DNA of 64,000 nucleotides from Oscillospiraceae bacterium. GTDB lineage: Bacteria; Bacillota; Clostridia; Oscillospirales; Oscillospiraceae. Of the stretch, positions 26,354 through 35,443 are shown piece by piece. Both the position numbers and the translations under genes were made by a program. The notes under the pieces are model-generated. The model had not been told where the DNA came from. It saw only the letters and a list, made by a program, of their open reading frames with translations, and did not search any database. The first letter of the stretch is position 1. Each line of letters starts with the position of its first letter. The stretch covers positions 10,517-74,516 of the forward strand of contig JAFXTU010000024.1 of assembly GCA_017535635.1 (NCBI GenBank), written 5' to 3'.

Positions 26354-26902
26354 TCAGCCGCCCAAGGTAGGCAGATAGAAATCCGCAGGACGGGATTTGA
26401 TCTCCATAATGCAGAGAACAATTTTAACGATCGCACAAACGAGCAGCAGGATCGCCAGCACACCGCCCAGGATCTTGCTGACAGGAACATTGCAGTACTG
26501 CGGGATCAGCTTGCCGAAAAACCAGCCCTTCACACCGCATATCCCCATTGCCAAGGGGAAAATGTTGAATGGCAAGGTCTTTTTGCCGATGGTGCAGAGA
26601 GTGATGATCCCAAGGACCATCATCAGGACCGGAGCGCCCAGCTCATGCAGGGTGATGTTCTTCCATTTCAGGGAAGGATCCTTGTCGCCCGCGATCACGG
26701 TATCCAGCTGCTTGAAATTGTAATTGAAGAGAATCTCTCCCCACATGCTGGTCTGCGTCTTGGTATCCTTTTTGCCGGTGGGCTCATAGCGGAAATAGGG
26801 CATGAACCACTGAACAAAAATCAGCACCACAAATACAGCTGCGATATAATGGACGAGATTGATCTTTTTCAGGATCCCGACTCTCTTGGCATCCATTTCC
26901 AT
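26354..26902 (-). CDS. Hypothetical multi-pass membrane protein, compositionally distinct (about 47% GC)
   Basis: 182 aa with about four hydrophobic spans. SD GGAGG. Two 60-nt lines counted by hand each gave 28 G+C of 60. Confidence 0.6.
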   Translation of the reverse strand: MEMDAKRVGILKKINLVHYIAAVFVVLIFVQWFMPYFRYEPTGKKDTKTQTSMWGEILFNYNFKQLDTVIAGDKDPSLKWKNITLHELGAPVLMMVLGIITLCTIGKKTLPFNIFPLAMGICGVKGWFFGKLIPQYCNVPVSKILGGVLAILLLVCAIVKIVLCIMEIKSRPADFYLPTLGG

Positions 26903-27048
26903 ATCGAAAAGACCTCCAAACCGTTCTATTCTCCTGATTGCTTTCGAGGATCATGGATGCATTTTAGCACATGTAATGCCGGAATACAAGTGCCGATTTT
27001 GATAATTTGCCTAAAAGAAGCGAATAGACTGCCTCCGGCAAAGCAGAT

Positions 27049-27699
27049 TCAGCTGTGGTCTGCCGCATCCAGCACGGTCATCGGGTCAATGAGTTCGCCG
27101 TCCAGATAGATACGGAAATCCAGATGTACGCCGGTGACCCGGCCGGTGGCGCCCATGGTGGCGATCACCTGGCCCTGGGTGACCTCGTCGCCCACCTCCA
27201 CCAGCAGAGCGCTGCAGTGGGAATAACGGGACTGGTAGCCGTTGCCGTGGTCGATCAGAATGGTGAGACCGTATCCTGCGTAGTCCTCGGCCTCTACCAC
27301 AGTTCCGGAGGCGGAAGCGTGAATCTTCGTACCCGCCTTGTCCGCGAGATCGATTCCCCCGTGGAACTGGGTGTTTTCTCCGGTGACGGGGTCGATGCGG
27401 GAGCCGAAGAAGGAACTGATGTAGCCGCTTTCACCGAAGCGAACGGGCCAGACATGAGGGATGTTCTCATCCGCAGCCTGCTGGGCCTTGACGTTCTCGA
27501 GAGAGAGGATCAGGCCTTCTCCGGGCTCTTCCGAGGAAAAAGCGGCCTGGTCTCGGAGGGTGCGCTCAATGCCCACATCGCCTTGATCGGCAACGGGAAA
27601 AAACACAGCGCCTGCAGAGAGAGCGGGGAACAGGATCGCGGCAGAAAGAAACGCCGCCGCGCCGCGCAGAAATCGTTTCAAAGGGAGAGGATGCTTCAT
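27049..27699 (-). CDS. M23-family metallopeptidase (secreted)
   Basis: Signal peptide present. Has HGGIDLA, GYGLTILIDHGNGYQSRYSH and GVHLDF (HxH) blocks. Confidence 0.9.
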   Translation of the reverse strand: MKHPLPLKRFLRGAAAFLSAAILFPALSAGAVFFPVADQGDVGIERTLRDQAAFSSEEPGEGLILSLENVKAQQAADENIPHVWPVRFGESGYISSFFGSRIDPVTGENTQFHGGIDLADKAGTKIHASASGTVVEAEDYAGYGLTILIDHGNGYQSRYSHCSALLVEVGDEVTQGQVIATMGATGRVTGVHLDFRIYLDGELIDPMTVLDAADHS

Positions 27700-27824
27700 G
27701 ATTCGTTCCGCCTTGGTTACAGCTATCGCCGAAATTGGTTACATTTTATTACAAACCAGCGGAAAAATCAAGAGCTGATTGTAATGTTTTTTCAGGAAAA
27801 CAGCCGAATAACGCTTCCCGGCGG

Positions 27825-27865
27825 AAAAAACAGGCCGAAAGGACGGCATTTCGTCCTTTCGGCCT
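27825..27865 (-). terminator. Rho-independent terminator of the hom / aspartate kinase operon
   Basis: aggccgaaaggacg/cgtcctttcggcct 14-bp stem followed by TTTTTT on the minus strand. Confidence 0.8.
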
Positions 27866-27883
27866 CTGCTCCGGTGAAAATAG

Positions 27884-29092
27884 TTACTCTTCAAAAAACT
27901 TGCGGTGAACGGCCCGCATAGCCACATCGGCGTTCTCCGCGTCAATGAGGACGGAGATCTTGATCTCACTGGTGGAGATCATGTGGATGTTGACCTGTGC
28001 GGAGGCCAGGGCCTCGAACATCAGGGAAGCGACGCCGGGACGGTTGATCATGCCCGCGCCCACGACGCTGAGCTTGCAGATGCTGTCGTTCACGGCGAGG
28101 TGATCGAAGCCGATGACCGCCTGCTCCTTTTCCAGGGCTTCACGGGCGTGCTCCAGCTCCGTCCTGGGGATGGTGAAGCTGATGTCCTTGGTGTTGTTGC
28201 GCCCGATAGACTGGAGGATCAGATCCACGTTGATCTTCTCCCTGGCCAGAACACGGAATACCTTATAGGCGATGCCGGGCTCATCCTTCAGGCCCACCAG
28301 GGCGATCCTGGCGATTTTGTCGTCCCGTGCAATGCCGCTGATTTTGGTCTCTTCCATACCTTTTGTGACCTCCTTCACTATTGTGCCGGGCTTGCGGACG
28401 TAGCTGCTGAGGACTTCCAGGTGAACGCCGTAGCGTTTGGCCAGCTCCACGCTGCGGTTGTGCAGCACCTGAGCGCCCATGGAGGCCAGCTCCAGCATCT
28501 CGTCGTAGGTGATCTCGTCAAGCTTTTTCGCGTTGGGAACGTGGCGGGGATCGGCGGTATAGACGCCTTCCACGTCCGTATAGATCTGGCACAGGTCCGC
28601 GTGCATCCTGGCAGCGATGGCCACAGCGGTGGTGTCGCTGCCGCCCCTGCCCAGGGTGGTCATATCGTCGTGCTTGTTGATGCCCTGGAAGCCGGCCACC
28701 AGCACTACCTTGCCCTCCTCCAGCTCCCGCCGGATGCGCTCCTGGTCCAGGGTCTTGATCCGGGCGCTGCCGTAATCGGAGTTGGTCTTCATGCCTACCT
28801 GCCAGCCCAGAAGGGAGATGGCGGGGACCCCCATGTCCTGCAGCGCCATGGCGCAGAGGGCGATGGAGATCTGCTCGCCGGTGGTGAGGAGCATGTCCAT
28901 TTCCCGCTTGGAGGGGTTGGAGGTGATCACTTTGGCCTTTTCGATCAGGTCGTCGGTGGTATCGCCCTGGGCGGAGAGGACGACGACCACATCGTTCCCC
29001 GCCTTTTTCGCGTCGGCGATGATCCCCGCCACGCGGCGCAGCTTTGCCGCGTCCGCCACAGAGGAGCCGCCGAATTTCTGTACGATCAGCAT
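27884..29092 (-). CDS. Aspartate kinase (monofunctional, two ACT domains)
   Basis: 402 aa. N-terminus MLIVQKFGGSSVADA. GRGGSDTTAVAIA block. Confidence 0.95.
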   Translation of the reverse strand: MLIVQKFGGSSVADAAKLRRVAGIIADAKKAGNDVVVVLSAQGDTTDDLIEKAKVITSNPSKREMDMLLTTGEQISIALCAMALQDMGVPAISLLGWQVGMKTNSDYGSARIKTLDQERIRRELEEGKVVLVAGFQGINKHDDMTTLGRGGSDTTAVAIAARMHADLCQIYTDVEGVYTADPRHVPNAKKLDEITYDEMLELASMGAQVLHNRSVELAKRYGVHLEVLSSYVRKPGTIVKEVTKGMEETKISGIARDDKIARIALVGLKDEPGIAYKVFRVLAREKINVDLILQSIGRNNTKDISFTIPRTELEHAREALEKEQAVIGFDHLAVNDSICKLSVVGAGMINRPGVASLMFEALASAQVNIHMISTSEIKISVLIDAENADVAMRAVHRKFFEE

Positions 29093-29143
29093 TGATTATC
29101 CCGCCTTATTTTCTCCGGACTTATCCGGGTTTGAATTCAATGA

Positions 29144-30262
29144 TCAGTCGAGGACGCGGTACTTCGCTTCCGCCGCAGGGACCTTCGCCGCGGGGAGCGC
29201 ATCCGTCAGGGACCAAGTGTCCCCGTTCCGGATGTACCAGCGGGAGGAAAGCTCCTCCGGGTCGCCCAAGGGCAGGTCCTCGCCGGTCCAGCCTATGCCC
29301 CGGGGAGAGGAGGCGTGCCGCACAGCGTCGATCACGTCGCCCACCACGGCGCTGGCCGTGGGAAGGCTGCCGGCCCCGGCGCCGTAGAACATGGTGTCTC
29401 CCACCATATTCCCGGTGATGATGAGGGCGTTGAAGGCTTCGTTCACGCCGGAAAGCATGCTCTCCGCCGGGACGAAGTGGGGCGCGACCCAGGCGTAGCA
29501 AAGACCGTCTTCCCCCCGGAGGAGGCGGCAGAGGAGCTTGATGGAGCCCCCTGCGGCAGAGGCGTTGCGGATGTCCTTCAGAGCCACGTTCCGGATCCCC
29601 TCCACGCTCACCCGCTCCGGCTTCAACTCCCTGCCCCAGGCCAGGTCTGCCAGGATGCAGGTCTTTCGCACGGCGTCCGTCCCGTCCAGGTCGCTGTCCG
29701 GATTCAGCTCGGCGTAGCCCAGGCGCTGGGCCTCCTTCAGGGCGGCCTCCAGCTCCATGCCGCTCCGATCCATGGCGGTGAGAATGTAGTTGGTGGTGCC
29801 GTTGAGGATGCCCTTCATGCTGAGGATCTTATTGGCGGAGAGGTCGTTGAAGAGGGGGCGTAGCAGAGGGATGCCGCCGCCTACGCTGGCCTCAAAGAAG
29901 TAGTTGACGCCCTTTCCTTTTGCCAGGGCCAGCAGCTCCACGCCGTGTTCCGCTACGAGCTGCTTGTTGGAGGTGACCGCGTGTTTTCCCGCTTTTAAAG
30001 CCCGCCGGGTGAAGTCCAGCGCCACGCCGCAGCCGCCGATGGTCTCCACCACCACGCTGACCTCCGGATCCTGCTCCACCAGGGCGAAATCCTTCACCAG
30101 AAGGGGGGCAAAGGGGCTGTCGGGAAAGTCCCTCACATCGACGATATACTTGAGGCACACTTCCTCACCGGCTCCCGCGGCGACCTCGGCCCGATTCTCT
30201 GTCAGGACCTTTGCCACGCCGGAGCCAACGGTGCCGAAGCCGAGGATGGCAATGTTCTTCAT
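29144..30262 (-). CDS. hom: Homoserine dehydrogenase
   Basis: Start ATG 30262 (MKNIAILGFGTVGSGV, Rossmann fold) behind AAAGGA. Has a C-terminal ACT-like region. Confidence 0.9.
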   Translation of the reverse strand: MKNIAILGFGTVGSGVAKVLTENRAEVAAGAGEEVCLKYIVDVRDFPDSPFAPLLVKDFALVEQDPEVSVVVETIGGCGVALDFTRRALKAGKHAVTSNKQLVAEHGVELLALAKGKGVNYFFEASVGGGIPLLRPLFNDLSANKILSMKGILNGTTNYILTAMDRSGMELEAALKEAQRLGYAELNPDSDLDGTDAVRKTCILADLAWGRELKPERVSVEGIRNVALKDIRNASAAGGSIKLLCRLLRGEDGLCYAWVAPHFVPAESMLSGVNEAFNALIITGNMVGDTMFYGAGAGSLPTASAVVGDVIDAVRHASSPRGIGWTGEDLPLGDPEELSSRWYIRNGDTWSLTDALPAAKVPAAEAKYRVLD

Positions 30263-30303
30263 ATTCGGATCATCCTTTGTCTCTTTTTTTGAACTATTCT
30301 CGA

Positions 30304-30332
30304 ATATTAACACAGGTCTTTATGGGATGCAA
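30304..30332 (-). promoter_or_regulatory. Candidate promoter of the hom / aspartate kinase operon
   Basis: Minus strand TTGCAT (30332-30327), 17-nt spacer, TAATAT (30309-30304). Confidence 0.5.
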
Positions 30333-30372
30333 GCGGAAAAATACAAAAATCTCCATTGATTCAGCGCGTCAT

Positions 30373-31500
30373 TCATCGAAAGAACCGCTGCAGCGCCTCC
30401 CGGGTGATCCGGGCAAACTCCAGGACCTCCTCTTCCGTGTTTTCCGGAGAGAAGGAGACGCGCAGGCTGCCGTCGACCACCGCCGGAGAGAGCCCCATGG
30501 CCGTCAGCACATGGCTCCTGCGGCCCTTGGCACAGGCGGAACCTCGGGAGACGCAGATGCCCTCCCGATCCAGCCAGTTTTGCAGCACTTCCGCCCGCGC
30601 TCCGGGGAAGGAGAGGGAACAGATGTGGCCTGCGCAGCTTCCGCTGTCCCTTCCCACGAGCTGCGCTTCCGGCAGGGCCTCCGCCAGGACCTGCCGGAGG
30701 CGAAGATAGTGCGCCTGTGCCTGATCCGCTCCTTTCCAGGAAGCAACCTTAGCCGCCGCGCCGAAGCCGGCGATGGCGGGCATGGCCTCGGTGCCGGAGC
30801 GCAGAGCGCCCTCCTGGCCGCCGCCGAGAAGGAGGGGAGGGAGCCTGAGCCCTTCCCGGATCCACAGGGCGCCCACGCCCTTGGGTCCGCCGATCTTGTG
30901 GGCGCTGAGGGTGATGAGGTCCGCGCCCAGGCCCTCTGGCCGGAAGGGAAGCTTGCAAAAGGCCTGCACCGCGTCCGTGTGGAGAAGCGCGGTGCTTTCC
31001 CGCTTTCTCAAAAGCTCCCGGACGCCCGCAATGTCGTTGATCGCCCCGGTCTCGTTGTTCACCAGCATGAGGGATATCAGGACCGTGTCCTCCCGCAGGG
31101 CGTCTTCCACGGCGGAAAGGGGGATGCGGCCCGTTTCATCCGGCGGCAGCAGCGTCACCTCGAAGTCCTGGGCGGAGAGCTTGGAGAGCGTTTTCAGCAC
31201 GGCGTCGTGCTCCACGGCGGAGGAAATGATGTGCTTTCCCCTTCGCCCTCCCAGGCGGGCGCCTCCCCGCAGGGCCTGGTTGTCCGCCTCGGTGCCGCCG
31301 GAGGTGAAGACGAGGGCGCCGCTTTTTGCGCCAAGGGCGGACATCACCGAAGCACGGCTCTCCTCCAGCAGTGCTCGTGCCGCCCGGCCGGGGCCGTGGG
31401 TGGCCGAGGGATTGCCCCAGGTCTCCCGCAGGGCCCGTTCCATAGCCTCCACCGCCTCCGGGCAGGGGCGGGTGGTGGCCGCGTTATCCAGATAGATCAG
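30373..31500 (-). CDS. Cysteine desulfurase (NifS/IscS class V aminotransferase), probable CTG start
   Basis: PLP-lysine block SAHKIGGPKG. The conserved N-terminal IYLDNAATTRPCPEA lies upstream of the first canonical start (GTG 31452). CTG 31500 sits 6 nt after GGAAGGAAGGGA. In-frame TGA at 31536-31534. Confidence 0.8.
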   Translation of the reverse strand: MIYLDNAATTRPCPEAVEAMERALRETWGNPSATHGPGRAARALLEESRASVMSALGAKSGALVFTSGGTEADNQALRGGARLGGRRGKHIISSAVEHDAVLKTLSKLSAQDFEVTLLPPDETGRIPLSAVEDALREDTVLISLMLVNNETGAINDIAGVRELLRKRESTALLHTDAVQAFCKLPFRPEGLGADLITLSAHKIGGPKGVGALWIREGLRLPPLLLGGGQEGALRSGTEAMPAIAGFGAAAKVASWKGADQAQAHYLRLRQVLAEALPEAQLVGRDSGSCAGHICSLSFPGARAEVLQNWLDREGICVSRGSACAKGRRSHVLTAMGLSPAVVDGSLRVSFSPENTEEEVLEFARITREALQRFFR

Positions 31501-31609
31501 GGAGGATCCCTTCCTTCCGTAATTGACTTGGCATCACGGCTTGCAGTATAATCAAAAAATCCTTTGGATGCAAGTATCTGTCTGCCCCAGGAACGTGAGG
31601 AAGCTTGGC

Positions 31610-32884
31610 ATGAAATTTATGTTTACGACCCTGGGCTGCCGCTGCAACCAGTTTGAGACGGCGGCCATGGAGACCGCCCTGCTCCGCAGGGGCCACGAGA
31701 TCGTGACGGAGGACCCGGACGTGGTGGTCCTGAACGGCTGTGCCGTCACGGCGGAGAGCGCCCGGAAATCCCGGCAGGCGGCCCGCCGGCTTCTGGGCCT
31801 TTGGCCGAAGGCGAAGCTTGCCGTCTGCGGCTGCTGGCCCCAGGCCGCGCCGGAAGAGGCCGCGAAGACGGGCGCTGTCCTCATCGGCGGCAGCGGCGAC
31901 CGGCTCTCCTTTGTGGACGCCCTGGAGGCCTTGGGGGAAGGGCACAAAGAGGAACGATCCTCCCTCAGCCTCCTGGACCTGCCCGCCCGGCGGCGGGAGC
32001 TGGAGCCGCTGCCCCCCGCCCGGCTGGAGGGCCGGACGCGGGCATATTTAAAGGTAGAGGACGGCTGCGCGAACTACTGCGCCTACTGTGTGATCCCCTA
32101 TCTCCGGGGCCCGGTGCGGAGCATGCCCCTGGAGGACGTATTCGCCCAGGTGAAAAAGCTGGGAGAAGGAGAGGAGGTGCGGGAGCTGACCCTGACGGGC
32201 ATCGAGCTGGCCTCCTATCAGTACGGGCTGGCTTCTCTGGCGGAGACGGTCAGCGCGGCAGCGCCGCAGCTGCGGCTGCGCCTCAGCTCTCTGGAGCCCA
32301 GGGTGGTGACGGAGGAGCTCTGCCGCCGTCTTTCGGCGCTGCCGAAGCTCTGTCCCCACTTCCATCTCTCCCTCCAGTCCGGCTGCGACGAAACGCTGCG
32401 GCGCATGGGACGGAAATACGACACGGCCCGCTTCCGGAAGAGTGTGGAGCTCCTGCGCGCTCATTTTCCCGGCTGCGGGGTCACCACCGACCTGATCACC
32501 GGCTTTCCGGGGGAGACGGAGGAGGAGTTTCGGGAGACCCTGGCCTTTCTGGAAGAGTGCCGATTCAGCCACGTCCATGTTTTCCCCTATTCCGAGCGGC
32601 AGGGGACAAGGGCGGCGGCGATGAAGGGCAGCGTACCCAAGGCCCTGCGGCATGAGCGGGCCAGGGCAGCCATCGCCCTGGCGGGGGAGCACGAGGCGGC
32701 ATTTCTTCAGGCCCAGGTGGGGACGTGGGCGGAGGTCCTTTTCGAGAGCAAGGGCGGCCACACCCCCAACTACTGCGAAACAGAGCTGCTTCCCGGCCGG
32801 GAGGGGCAGGTCCTCCGGGTCCGGATCACCGGCGTCCGGGACGGACGGCTCACGGTTTCCGGGCCGGGAGAAGAAAACGGATAA
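31610..32884 (+). CDS. mtaB: tRNA methylthiotransferase, MtaB-like (radical SAM, MiaB/RimO family)
   Basis: Start ATG 31610 behind GTGAGGAAG. N-terminal UPF0004 Cys residues (TLGCRCNQ, NGCAV). Radical SAM motif CANYCAYC. C-terminal TRAM-like region. Confidence 0.8.
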   Translation: MKFMFTTLGCRCNQFETAAMETALLRRGHEIVTEDPDVVVLNGCAVTAESARKSRQAARRLLGLWPKAKLAVCGCWPQAAPEEAAKTGAVLIGGSGDRLSFVDALEALGEGHKEERSSLSLLDLPARRRELEPLPPARLEGRTRAYLKVEDGCANYCAYCVIPYLRGPVRSMPLEDVFAQVKKLGEGEEVRELTLTGIELASYQYGLASLAETVSAAAPQLRLRLSSLEPRVVTEELCRRLSALPKLCPHFHLSLQSGCDETLRRMGRKYDTARFRKSVELLRAHFPGCGVTTDLITGFPGETEEEFRETLAFLEECRFSHVHVFPYSERQGTRAAAMKGSVPKALRHERARAAIALAGEHEAAFLQAQVGTWAEVLFESKGGHTPNYCETELLPGREGQVLRVRITGVRDGRLTVSGPGEENG

Positions 32885-32900
32885 GAAACGTCCAAAACAG

Positions 32901-32929
32901 TTGACTTTCCGGGACAAAGTCATTATAAT
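32901..32929 (+). promoter_or_regulatory. Consensus-like sigma-A promoter of serC-serA
   Basis: TTGACT (32901-32906), 17-nt spacer, TATAAT (32924-32929). Confidence 0.6.
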
Positions 32930-32998
32930 CCTTTAAATCAACAGAGCATCGCGATACCGGCCCTCCGCGGATGCGCAGCCGGAAGAAAGGAAAGCAAA

Positions 32999-34087
32999 AT
33001 GAGCGATAAACGTATTTACAATTTTGCAGCCGGTCCCTCCGCCATCCCGGAGGAAGTCCTGGCCGAGGCCGGCGCCGATATCCTGAACTACAAGGGAAGC
33101 GGCATGTCCGTCATGGAGATGAGCCACCGGAGCAAGGCTTTTCTCGCCATTTTTGAGGAGACGAAGGACACTCTGCGGCGGCTCATGAAGGTGCCGGAGG
33201 ACTTTGAGATCCTCTTCCTCCAGGGCGGCGCGACTCTGCAGTTCGCCATGGCCCCCATGAACCTCATCACACGCACCGGCAAGGCGGACTATGCCATCAC
33301 CGGTTCCTTCGCGGGCAAGGCGGCGGAGGAGGCAAAGAAGTACGGGGACGTGGCCATCGCCGCCTCCTCCAAGGAGAAGAACCATACTTACATCCCCGCC
33401 CAGAGTGAGCTGAAGATCCGGGAGGACGCCTCCTATTTCTATTACTGCGCCAACAACACCATCTACGGCACCGAGTGGCAGTATACGCCCCAGGCTCCCG
33501 CCGGGGTGCCCCTGGTGGCGGATATGTCCTCGGACATTCTGACCCGCTATGTAGACTGGGACAAGTACGCCCTGGTTTTTGCCGGAGCCCAGAAGAACAT
33601 GGCCCCCGCCGGCGTCACCGTGGTCTTTGTGAATAAGAACTACATCGGCTCCGCCCTGCCCTATACCCCCGTGATGCTGGACTACGCCGCCATGGTGAAG
33701 GGCGACAGCATGCACAACACTCCGCCCTGCTGGTCCATCTACATGATGGGGCTGATCCTCAAATGGGTGGAGAAGATGGGCGGCATCGAGGCCATGGAGG
33801 AACGGAAGCGCGCCCGCTCCAAGCTCCTCTACGACGTGATCGACTCCAGCTCCCTCTACAAGGGCTGCGCGGAGAAGGACAGCCGCAGCTTCATGAACGT
33901 CACCTTCGTCACCGGGGACCCGGAGATCGACAAGCGGTTCATCGCCGGGGCCAAGGAGGTCGGGATTGAGAACGTGAACGGCCACCGGAGCGTGGGCGGC
34001 ATGCGCGCCTCCATCTACAACGCCATGTCCATCGAGGGCACGAAGGCCCTGGCGGACTATATGGTGGGGTTTGAAAAGCGGGGCTGA
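32999..34087 (+). CDS. serC: Phosphoserine aminotransferase
   Basis: 362 aa. N-terminus IYNFAAGPSAIPEEVL. GAQKNMAPAGVT PLP-lysine block. Confidence 0.95.
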   Translation: MSDKRIYNFAAGPSAIPEEVLAEAGADILNYKGSGMSVMEMSHRSKAFLAIFEETKDTLRRLMKVPEDFEILFLQGGATLQFAMAPMNLITRTGKADYAITGSFAGKAAEEAKKYGDVAIAASSKEKNHTYIPAQSELKIREDASYFYYCANNTIYGTEWQYTPQAPAGVPLVADMSSDILTRYVDWDKYALVFAGAQKNMAPAGVTVVFVNKNYIGSALPYTPVMLDYAAMVKGDSMHNTPPCWSIYMMGLILKWVEKMGGIEAMEERKRARSKLLYDVIDSSSLYKGCAEKDSRSFMNVTFVTGDPEIDKRFIAGAKEVGIENVNGHRSVGGMRASIYNAMSIEGTKALADYMVGFEKRG

Positions 34088-34202
34088 TCTCATCCATTTG
34101 TAAGACCGTCGGACGGCGCCGCGCGAGACAGTGACGCGCGGCGCCGTCCGGAAGCATCTGAGTATAGTGATCCAGATCGAATAGGAAAGGGAGCGTAAAG
34201 AA

Positions 34203-35324
34203 GTGTATACGGTCAAGACGCTGAACAAGATCGCGAAGATCGGGCTGGACCGGCTGGACAAGCAGTATTTTGCCCTGGACGACGAGGCCGCCGATCCCGC
34301 AGCCATCCTGGTGCGCAGCGCCAAGATGCTGGACTACGAGCCGAACCCGGCTCTCCTCTGCGTGGCCCGGGCCGGCGCGGGATACAACAACATCCCCGTG
34401 GACGCCTACGCGGAGAAGGGGGTCGTGGTGTTCAACACCCCCGGCGCCAATGCCAACGCCGTGAAGGAGCTGGCGGTCTGCGCCCTGATCCTTGCCTCCA
34501 GGGATATCATCGGCGGCATCGGCTGGTGCCGGACCCTGGCGGACAAGGGGGACGAGGTGGCCGCTCTGGTGGAGAAGGGCAAGTCCAACTTCGTGGGTCC
34601 CGAGCTCCTGGGCAAAACCCTGGGCCTCATCGGTCTGGGCAACGTGGGGGCCAAGGTGGCCCACGCCGCCGCAAGTCTTGGCATGAAGGTCGTGGGCTAT
34701 GATCCCTACCTCTCCGACGCTCTGCGTCAGTCCCTGGCGGGGATCGCGGAGATCGTGGACGATATGGATGCGCTGTACTCCTCCAGTGACTACATCTCCC
34801 TGCATCTGCCCTACACCAAGGACACCGCCAACACCATCTGCAAGGAGACCATCGGAAAGATGAAGGACGGGGTGCGGGTCATCAACATCGCCCGGGGCGA
34901 ACTGGTCTGCGACGGGGCCATGGCCGAGGCGCTGAAGAGCGGCAAGGTGGCCCGCTACGTCACGGACTTCCCCAACGGGGAGACGGTGAAAATGGAAGGC
35001 TGCGTGGCCATTCCTCACCTGGGCGCCAGCACCCCGGAGAGCGAAGACAACTGCGCCGTCATGGCCGCGGATCAGGTGAGCCGCTACCTCCTCCAGGGGG
35101 ACATCGTCAACAGCGTGAATCTCCCCAACATTTCCATGGAGCGGGGCGGGAAGCATCGGGCCGTGGTGATCGCCAGGGCGGAGGCCGAGCTGAAGGTCCC
35201 CGGGGCTGCGGTGACGGAAAAGAGCCGGGGGAACTATAAGGTGATCCTGGCGGATGCCGACGCGCCCTATGATGAGGCTGCGCTCTCGGCTCTGCCCGGC
35301 GTGATCCGGGTGCGGACTCTGTGA
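34203..35324 (+). CDS. serA: D-3-phosphoglycerate dehydrogenase (short form)
   Basis: 373 aa with GTG start behind GAAAGGGAG. NAD motif GLIGLGNVG. Catalytic-type blocks RGELV and HLGAST. Confidence 0.85.
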   Translation: MYTVKTLNKIAKIGLDRLDKQYFALDDEAADPAAILVRSAKMLDYEPNPALLCVARAGAGYNNIPVDAYAEKGVVVFNTPGANANAVKELAVCALILASRDIIGGIGWCRTLADKGDEVAALVEKGKSNFVGPELLGKTLGLIGLGNVGAKVAHAAASLGMKVVGYDPYLSDALRQSLAGIAEIVDDMDALYSSSDYISLHLPYTKDTANTICKETIGKMKDGVRVINIARGELVCDGAMAEALKSGKVARYVTDFPNGETVKMEGCVAIPHLGASTPESEDNCAVMAADQVSRYLLQGDIVNSVNLPNISMERGGKHRAVVIARAEAELKVPGAAVTEKSRGNYKVILADADAPYDEAALSALPGVIRVRTL

Positions 35325-35361
35325 CCCTCTGTCCGCCGCTTTAGCAGAAAGAAGATTACAT

Positions 35362-35396
35362 ACTCCCGGCGCTCGATCAAAACGAGCGCCGGGAGT
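35362..35396. terminator. Bidirectional terminator (serA / trkH)
   Basis: actcccggcgctcg-atcaaaa-cgagcgccgggagt 14-bp perfect stem. Confidence 0.75.
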
Positions 35397-35443
35397 CCGT
35401 TTGCCAAGGAACGCCGCGTAATGCGCCGCATTATCCTGCGGTC

